Shown: in pieces, positions 57,632 to 64,000 of the stretch | Numbering within the stretch: position 1 is the stretch's first letter | Layout: the number at the start of each line of letters is the position of its first letter | Assembly: GCA_963753345.1 (NCBI GenBank) | Contig: CAVWBU010000035.1 | Location: 32,001 to 96,000 of the forward strand | DNA: 64,000 nt | Origin: an uncultured Fibrobacterota bacterium | GTDB lineage: Bacteria; Fibrobacterota; Chitinivibrionia; Chitinivibrionales; FEN-1185 | Direction: 5' to 3' | Notes under the pieces: model-generated | Seen by the model: only the letters and a program-made list of their open reading frames with translations | What the model was told of the DNA's origin: nothing | Databases searched by the model: none | Program-made: the position numbers and the translations under genes

Positions 57632-58657
57632 TCAGTTGCTCTTACAGCACCGGAGTCCGGTGCTGGGCTTGGCGCCGCCTCCCGCGCCGGGCGAAACGGC
57701 CTGGCACTTGGAAATGGGGCCGCCCATGGCTGCCTTAGAGCCGTCTGTCGCCTTCACCCATTCGAACACGTTGCCGGTCATGTCGATCGCGCCGAACTTG
57801 CTGATGCACCTGTTCCTGGCGCCCGACGGTTCCGGCGTTCGGCTGTCCGAATTGCAGTTCTCCTTTTCAAAGCTGAAGCCGTAGGGGTAGGCGTACGCTT
57901 CACGGCCGCTGCACGCCCACTGCCATTCCTGCGCGGTGCACAGCCGCTTGCCCGCATTCTCGCACAGTTTTTGTGCGTCGTCGTAGGAAATGTTGACCGT
58001 GGGCATTGCCCCCTGTTTGTCCGGGAACTCGTATCTGTCAATGCATACCTTGAGGAACGGCCGGTTCGCCTTGCCCGGCGGAATGTCGACCAGCACCATG
58101 TCCTGGGGGCAGAACAGCGGTTTGGCATACCGCGCGATCTCGTCCTCCTCGGGGTTTTCCGACGAGTGGCGCTGGATGCGCACCACCTGATCAAAGGTGT
58201 ACGAAGCTTCCGAGCGGTCCGATTTCCGCACCGTCACGCGCAGGTTGTCCTCCTTGACGATGTTCCCCACCACCATAAGGTTCTCCTTGGGCCTGCCGTA
58301 GTCGTCGTTTTCCGGGTTTTTCACGATGAGCGTGTCGTAGGCGGCCTCCGCGGCGGGCGCCGCAGGGGCGGGGGTCTGCGCCGTTTGTTTCTGGGGCGCC
58401 TCTTTCTGCGGCGGCGGCGCGATGAGCTTGTAGTCGGCAATGAGCGTCGCCGAAAACGTGTAGGCGCTTCCTTTACAATCGAGAACAAGCGACGTGTCGG
58501 TCTTGGAGTCCACCACGCCCTCGAGTTCGTCGCCCGTGGCAAGCGTCATGTGATAGGTCGCGCCCACGGTGAAGTCGTCGAGCGACACGCCCGCGAGCGC
58601 GCCCGATGCGCATGCCGCGGCGAAGAACAGAACCTTGATTGCTTTTTTCCAGTCCAT
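57632..58657 (-). CDS. Secreted SUMF1/FGE-sulfatase domain protein
   Basis: Signal peptide; CPQDMV, CIDRYE, GKRLCT..EW..AC, YPYG, DMTGNVFEW, GLRCC. Confidence 0.85.
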   Translation of the reverse strand: MDWKKAIKVLFFAAACASGALAGVSLDDFTVGATYHMTLATGDELEGVVDSKTDTSLVLDCKGSAYTFSATLIADYKLIAPPPQKEAPQKQTAQTPAPAAPAAEAAYDTLIVKNPENDDYGRPKENLMVVGNIVKEDNLRVTVRKSDRSEASYTFDQVVRIQRHSSENPEEDEIARYAKPLFCPQDMVLVDIPPGKANRPFLKVCIDRYEFPDKQGAMPTVNISYDDAQKLCENAGKRLCTAQEWQWACSGREAYAYPYGFSFEKENCNSDSRTPEPSGARNRCISKFGAIDMTGNVFEWVKATDGSKAAMGGPISKCQAVSPGAGGGAKPSTGLRCCKSN

Positions 58658-58713
58658 GCAGGTCTCCCTTTGCACATGCGCCGGCGGACGGTACGGTCTG
58701 CCGCGGGCGCGGG

Positions 58714-60696
58714 TTATGGTTTCTCCGTAATTTTTGTGACGATGCGCTTGAGTTTCTTGCCGGAAAAATACCATTCGAGCGTTCCCTTTCCGGCCTCGAT
58801 TCCCTTTTCAAACGATATGCAGCACGCTGAACCCTTCGCGAATTCGACGAGTTTGCTTTCCCGGGGGCCGAGGAGCGCGGCGGCGAGCAGTCCAAGGTGC
58901 GGCATGTGTCCCACGCACACGCATGACCGGGCACGCACGCCGCCAAGCCACGAGAGCGTGGCATCGACGTCAGCGCCGGGTTCAAGGCAGTTCTTCCTGG
59001 TGACCTGCGCGCTGAAGGAGAACGACTGCGCGAGCAGCGCCGCGGTGTCGAATGCGCGCGCAAGCGAGCTTGCGGCGATGATGTCGGGTCGGCACTGCAT
59101 CAGGGAAAGCGCCCTGCCCGTGGTCTGTGCCTGGCGGATTCCCTGTTTGGAAAGCATGCGCTGGCCCGACGTGTCGCTTTCGGCCGCGGCGTGGCGAACA
59201 AGATAGCAATAGACGACGCTGTTCCTTGCTTCCTGCGACAGCGCGGTTGCGGAATACAGCATCGAAGGCGACCTGAGAGAGTGCCATGCGCGCTCGAACC
59301 TCGCAAGCAGCCTGCGCCTGTCTCCGTCCACGAGCTTTGACAGGCTCCGGGCGACGGGCGAATGCATGGACGAAAGTCGTTCCATGGCCATGTCGGCGTC
59401 ATGCAGGTCTCCAAGGATGTCCGCGCAGGCCTTGAAATGGCGAGCGAATTTTATAGCCGGCCGGCCGAGAGCCGGTTCGGCAAATTCGGCCCAGTACCGG
59501 GCCCGCCTGCACATCTTGCGCAGCCGGTGCATCTCCTTCGCATTGTATTCTTTTTTTGCGCCCTGGCGGGACAGTATCTCAAAGGAAAGGCCGAGCAGCC
59601 TGCGCGCCGCGAGCGGTTCAAGAGGGTACTGCGGTTTGTTAAGTTTTCGCGGAAGCTCGACGCGAAGGAAGCGGTTGATGTCGCGCATAAGCAATGCATA
59701 TTCCCTGTTGGCAAGCAGCTTGCGAAGGGCGCGCCGGTCGGCTTTCTTTTGCCGTGACTGAAGGGCGTGAAAATGGACGAATTCGATGTTGCCGCGGAAC
59801 GAGTCTCCGACCCGTTTTGACGACAGCAGCCGCAGCCAGACGTCGTTGTCGCGGATGGGGCTCAGCTCAAGCGCCAGGGCCGCGAGCCGGGCGTCGATGG
59901 CCCGCGCCGCCACGGGCAGATGCCTGCGAAACAGGCGGAGCGCGGCCCTAAAGCGCCTCATTGCGACACGGCCGTCGTGCAGCGGGTCTTCGGTTTCCGC
60001 GGCGAGCATTCCATCATAGTTTTCAATCAGGATCCGGTACTGAAGGTACAGGAGCCTTCGCGCCGCGTCAAGCGCGCCGTCGCGCGGCCGCACGATCCCG
60101 GCGAATCTCGTCGCCGCCCTGTCCGGCGTGGCATCAGCGATTGTCAAGTCTCTGCCGAACACCTTTTTCCAGAGGTCGGCCTTTGCGTTGGCCCAACCGA
60201 TGTTGGCGCGGTACCCCGGGCTCGATGCGGCGAGCAAAAAGCCGCCGGCGTGCTGCTTTACAGACAGGATTGACACGTTCTGCAGATGGCCGTGGTCGAG
60301 GCCGTCGGCGATGCGGAGGATGGCGCCGAGCCGCAGGGCGGTTTCCTTGTCGGCAAGCTTTGCAAAAAGTCCGACAATGTACGCCTTTGCAAAGTCCCTG
60401 CGATGAAGCGCTATCGCCGCCGCGACCACCCTGCATTGGCCGGCGGTGAGGCCCACAACGCCCTTGTCCACGACAATGGCGCCGCCGACCGCCTGATGGT
60501 CGGCGGGCTGCACCGAATAGCCGATGTCGTGGAGGATCGCCGCGGCCCGCAGCAGCGGCCGCAGCGAGGGCGGCAGTCCCAGGTGCGGCGACACCGAGTC
60601 GAAGATGGAAAGCGCCAGCCGCGCAACGAAAAGCGAGTGGACGTCCTCGTTGCGGAATTTCCTGCATAGCGATTCGATGGTCGGCTTTCCGGACAT
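58714..60696 (-). CDS. HD + CHAD + SixA-like histidine phosphatase fusion protein
   Basis: H...V..LA..IFD / LHDIG / LRIADGLD (HD); LHDGRVAMRR / HRLRK..RRARY (CHAD); YLVRHA / SSLARA..TA / VGHMP (SixA). Confidence 0.85.
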   Translation of the reverse strand: MSGKPTIESLCRKFRNEDVHSLFVARLALSIFDSVSPHLGLPPSLRPLLRAAAILHDIGYSVQPADHQAVGGAIVVDKGVVGLTAGQCRVVAAAIALHRRDFAKAYIVGLFAKLADKETALRLGAILRIADGLDHGHLQNVSILSVKQHAGGFLLAASSPGYRANIGWANAKADLWKKVFGRDLTIADATPDRAATRFAGIVRPRDGALDAARRLLYLQYRILIENYDGMLAAETEDPLHDGRVAMRRFRAALRLFRRHLPVAARAIDARLAALALELSPIRDNDVWLRLLSSKRVGDSFRGNIEFVHFHALQSRQKKADRRALRKLLANREYALLMRDINRFLRVELPRKLNKPQYPLEPLAARRLLGLSFEILSRQGAKKEYNAKEMHRLRKMCRRARYWAEFAEPALGRPAIKFARHFKACADILGDLHDADMAMERLSSMHSPVARSLSKLVDGDRRRLLARFERAWHSLRSPSMLYSATALSQEARNSVVYCYLVRHAAAESDTSGQRMLSKQGIRQAQTTGRALSLMQCRPDIIAASSLARAFDTAALLAQSFSFSAQVTRKNCLEPGADVDATLSWLGGVRARSCVCVGHMPHLGLLAAALLGPRESKLVEFAKGSACCISFEKGIEAGKGTLEWYFSGKKLKRIVTKITEKP

Positions 60697-60702
60697 GCGG
60701 AA

Positions 60703-62829
60703 TTACTTTTCCTTTCGAGCCGGCTTGTGCGCCTCGAACATGGTCCTTTTCATCCGTTTGGCCCTGTCGGTCTTATCGCACACCTCGTTGTAGAAGGCGG
60801 CGTGGCAATCGAAGCTCTTTTTCTGGGCCGCGGCTGCGGAAAGCTTTTCCCACGAGCCGTCCGGAAGGAGGCTCCACGAGTTGGCCGTGTCCATGAAACA
60901 CAGCTCCAGGATATGCATGAGCCTGGCGCGCGACTCCCGGTCGTCGACCGGCGTGAGGAGCTCGACGCGTTTGTCAAGGTTCCTCTGCATCCAGTCGGCC
61001 GTGCAGATAAACACCCTGTCCTTGCCCCCGTTTGCAAAGCGCCAGATCCGCGTGTGTTCGAGATACCTGCCCACGATGCTTTTCACCGAAATGTTCTCGC
61101 TCAGGCCAGGCACGCCGGGGCGCAGGCAGCAGATGCCGCGCACGTTGAGCCGTATCTTCACGCCGGCCCGCGAGGCGGCGTAGAGCGCCTCGATGATTGC
61201 CGGGTGGGTGAGCGAGTTCATCTTCGCATGAATGGAGGCCTTCTGTCCCTCGCGGCTCCGTTCCGTCTCCGCTTCGATAAGCGACAGCGCGCGTTCCCTC
61301 AGGCCCAGCGGTGCAGCGACGATCTTCCGGTAGTCCTGCGGCTGCGAATTTCCCGTAATGGAATTGAAGAATGCCGATGCGTCCGCGCCGAGGTCCTCGT
61401 CGCTTGTCATATAAGAAACGTCGGAGTACAGGCCCGCGGTGATCTCGTTGTAGTTGCCGGTGCCGAAATGCATGTAGCGCCGCAGCCCCCCGGCCTCGCG
61501 CCGGACCGCGATGAACACCTTGGCGTGCGTCTTGAGGCCCTTCACGCCGTAGATCACCTGCACGCCCGCGTCCTCGAGGTCGGCGGCCCATTCTATGTTG
61601 CGTTCCTCGTCGAAGCGCGCCTTGAGCTCCACGATCGCGGTGACGTATTTGCCCGCCGCGGCCGCTTCGGCAAGCGCTGCCACCACGGCGCTTTTCCTGC
61701 TGGTCCGGTACAGGGTCTGCTTGATCGCGACCACCTGCGGGTCCTTCGCCGCCTCCCGGATTAACCGCAGGACCGGGTCAAAGCTTTCGTACGGATGAAA
61801 AAGGAGCACGTCGCGTTTCGCAACGATCTCGAACATCGAAGGCGCGCTCTTGAGAAAGGGCGGCGTTCTGGCAGGCCACGGCTTGTACCGCAGCTTGTCG
61901 TATCCGGAAAGCTCGGTGAGCCGGAAGAACGCCGACAGGTCGAGCGGGCCGCCGGCCCGGTACACTGCGTTTGCGGGCGCGCCGAGAAACGCGGCGAGGT
62001 CGGAGGCCATGGTCTCCGACATGGCGCCGGCCACTTCGAGGCGCACGCAGTCGCTTCGTTTGCGCGCGTCAATCACGGCTTCCATCTCCGCAACAAGGTC
62101 CTCGGCGCCGTCCTCCCTGAGGGAAACGTCGGCGTTCCTGGTGACGCGGAAGCACGCAGTTTCGTCAATGTTCTCCTTTGGAAAGAACCTGCTTGCGAAA
62201 AGCGCGATAATGTCCTCGGTGAGCACGAAATGATACCCGCCCTCCGACGGGAGCGTGATGAAGCGGCCCGGCGTTTTTCCAAGGGGGATGATGGCGAGCC
62301 TGCGGCCCGGCCGTTTTCCGGATTGCGAAGGAACGCTCATCCGCACGGCCACATACAGCATGCGGTTGACAAGCAGGGGCGTTTCCTCAAGGTTGGAAAT
62401 GGCCATGGGGGACACCACGGGCAGAAGCTCGCTGTCGAACACAAATTCGGCGTGCCTGCTCTGGTCGCCGGACAGTTCATGCGGAAGGAGCCGCCGGATG
62501 CCGGAGGCGGCAAGCAGCTTTTCCAGTTCCGCATAGACGGCGTACTGCCTGGCCACCATGACCGCGGTCCTCCGGGCCACCGCCTCAAGCTGCTCCGCGG
62601 GCCGCATTCCGGCCGCGTCCTTCTTCTGGCTGTTTTTCTTCGAGAGCATCTGGAGGCCGCCCACGCGGACCATGAAAAATTCGTCGAGGTTGGAACCGGT
62701 AATGGCGAGAAACTTGAGACGCTCAAGAATCGGCAGCGATTCGTTCTGGGCGCACTGGAGTACGCGGTCGTTGAATTCGAGCCACGAGAGTTCCCGGTTG
62801 ATGAAGCCGGTTTTCGATAGGGCTGACAT
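60703..62829 (-). CDS. ppk1: Polyphosphate kinase 1
   Basis: NRELSWLEFN.RVL, NLDEFFMVRV, HPYESF, KQTLYR, ELKARFDEE, KTHAK, GTGNYN, GRYLEH.R. Confidence 0.98.
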   Translation of the reverse strand: MSALSKTGFINRELSWLEFNDRVLQCAQNESLPILERLKFLAITGSNLDEFFMVRVGGLQMLSKKNSQKKDAAGMRPAEQLEAVARRTAVMVARQYAVYAELEKLLAASGIRRLLPHELSGDQSRHAEFVFDSELLPVVSPMAISNLEETPLLVNRMLYVAVRMSVPSQSGKRPGRRLAIIPLGKTPGRFITLPSEGGYHFVLTEDIIALFASRFFPKENIDETACFRVTRNADVSLREDGAEDLVAEMEAVIDARKRSDCVRLEVAGAMSETMASDLAAFLGAPANAVYRAGGPLDLSAFFRLTELSGYDKLRYKPWPARTPPFLKSAPSMFEIVAKRDVLLFHPYESFDPVLRLIREAAKDPQVVAIKQTLYRTSRKSAVVAALAEAAAAGKYVTAIVELKARFDEERNIEWAADLEDAGVQVIYGVKGLKTHAKVFIAVRREAGGLRRYMHFGTGNYNEITAGLYSDVSYMTSDEDLGADASAFFNSITGNSQPQDYRKIVAAPLGLRERALSLIEAETERSREGQKASIHAKMNSLTHPAIIEALYAASRAGVKIRLNVRGICCLRPGVPGLSENISVKSIVGRYLEHTRIWRFANGGKDRVFICTADWMQRNLDKRVELLTPVDDRESRARLMHILELCFMDTANSWSLLPDGSWEKLSAAAAQKKSFDCHAAFYNEVCDKTDRAKRMKRTMFEAHKPARKEK

Positions 62830-62830
62830 A

Positions 62831-64000
62831 TTAGAATTCCCCGGTTCCCTTCTTGGTGAGGACCGGCGTCATGCCGTACACCTCCTCGAACATGTCGCCC
62901 TTGTTCTGGAGGGCGACCTGTTCGAGCGTGAGATCGTCGACATTCGGGACCGAAATGACGAACCGGTCCTTTTCCCGCGAGCATCCGATGCCGGCAATGC
63001 GGCGGCTGTGCGAGCGGTCCAGGGCGTCGGCCACCCGGAGGATGGCGGCGAGCTTCGCAACGACGAGCCTGTCCCCCCTGTCAAGGGCCGCGTATTCCTG
63101 GTGGACGGCTTTCGGCGTTGCGCGGCGGTGGTACCGCGCGATGAGCGCCACGAGGAAGGTGTCGCGCCGGGAAAGGCCGAACAGCTCGCTGTTCTGGATA
63201 AGGTACATCGAATGCTTGTGATGGCTCCGCGGGTTTACGAAGATGCCGATGTCGTGGAGGATGCCGGCAACGGAAAGCAAAAGCCGGTGCGACGGCCCGA
63301 GCCGATGCTCCTCGGCAAGGCACGAAAACAGCGTTCCCGCAAGGGCGGTCACGTGGCGCGCGTGGGCTTCGTCGCATTTGTATTTTTGCGCGATTTCCCA
63401 TGCCGACCGGATCACCTGCCGGGCGACATCGTCGGCGGGCGGCCCGCTCCTCGCCATTTCGGTGAGAATGCCGTGCCGCATGGAAATGTCCGACGCGATG
63501 ACGCCGGTGAGCGAAAATGCCCTGGCGAGCATGCCGTAAAACAGGAGACTGGGCGCGAGCGTCTCGGCTTCGGGGAACGAGATTTTGTAGGTTCGCACGC
63601 AGTCGTTGACGGACAGGGACATGATTTCTTCCGTGAATTTCTCAAGGGTGCGCAGCGGAAGCCGGGCTGGCACCAGCGGATTGTAGCCGGGAATGAGCCG
63701 GTGCGCGGCAAACCGCACGTCGCTGCCGAGCGCGGTCATGTTCCTGACCGACGACCGCGGAATGGAGTGGAGGATCTGGTCGATGGTGCGCCGTATCTCG
63801 CTCTCCATGAGCGTTCGCTGGCGCGCGAGCGGCGCGTTGAATTTCTCCAGCATTTCCCGGAGCCTCAGCGCGCCGAGTTTGAACGAATGGGTGGCCAGGA
63901 TGTCACCCTTCTCCAAAAGCAGTATCTCGGTGCCGCCGCCTGCCATCTCGCACACCGCCACCCGGCCGCGCGACAGGGACGCGTCGCTTGACAGAAGAGA
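62831..64000 (-). CDS. ppx: Ppx/GppA exopolyphosphatase with HD domain (5' end outside the window)
   Basis: EMAGGGTE, LGALRL, LHDIG.F...SHHKHS.YLI, ARYHRR, LRVADALDRSH; frame open to the window edge. Confidence 0.9.
   Translation of the reverse strand, partial: SLLSSDASLSRGRVAVCEMAGGGTEILLLEKGDILATHSFKLGALRLREMLEKFNAPLARQRTLMESEIRRTIDQILHSIPRSSVRNMTALGSDVRFAAHRLIPGYNPLVPARLPLRTLEKFTEEIMSLSVNDCVRTYKISFPEAETLAPSLLFYGMLARAFSLTGVIASDISMRHGILTEMARSGPPADDVARQVIRSAWEIAQKYKCDEAHARHVTALAGTLFSCLAEEHRLGPSHRLLLSVAGILHDIGIFVNPRSHHKHSMYLIQNSELFGLSRRDTFLVALIARYHRRATPKAVHQEYAALDRGDRLVVAKLAAILRVADALDRSHSRRIAGIGCSREKDRFVISVPNVDDLTLEQVALQNKGDMFEEVYGMTPVLTKKGTGEF

Noticed and set aside
57632-58657. FGE-sulfatase (CLec-fold) protein as a DGR target
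   Set aside because: No second copy of its 3' end and no RT or avd gene seen.
63900-63960. Inactive Ppx because of EMAGGGTE instead of DxGGGSTE
   Set aside because: Conservative change, and the N-terminal catalytic half lies outside the window, so no conclusion is possible.
40611-63991. Long opposite-strand ORFs (40611-42200, 52038-53225, 57377-59206, 60727-61764, 61795-62820, 62558-63991)
   Set aside because: Antisense shadows of well-supported genes in GC-rich DNA, with no recognisable motifs.

Overview
A bacterial chromosomal window. It looks diderm (outer-membrane beta-barrel, Wza/SLBB export, GT9-like gene); FCB/Fibrobacterota-like affinity is a guess only. It has a GC-rich housekeeping backbone (DUF4159, secDF, beta-CASP nuclease, queDEC, GAF-GGDEF, rel/spoT, prs, ppx-ppk1) and two lower-GC accessory blocks. 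(1) About 7.4-33.3 kb is a mosaic, partly decayed surface-polysaccharide locus: radical SAMs, GT2/GT4 enzymes, two wzx, a wzy/ligase-like gene, wzz, a disrupted SLBB exporter and a GH20-like secreted protein. It contains a degenerate IS5-family element and an integrase-less integron cassette, a methyltransferase between two attC sites. (2) About 43.6-54.3 kb is a complete type I-C CRISPR-Cas system. Its operon is interrupted by a YhcG/DUF1016 nuclease gene and by a DUF559 nuclease gene bracketed by palindromic repeats. Its 7-repeat array has very uneven spacers (29, 23, 38, 39, 52, 44 nt), with a TTGACA motif recurring at the same offset. Three copies of a structured intergenic element carry different REP-like hairpins at the same position; it resembles the Flavo-1 RNA motif as I recall it. 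No rRNA or tRNA was recognised. All calls are by eye, without database searches.
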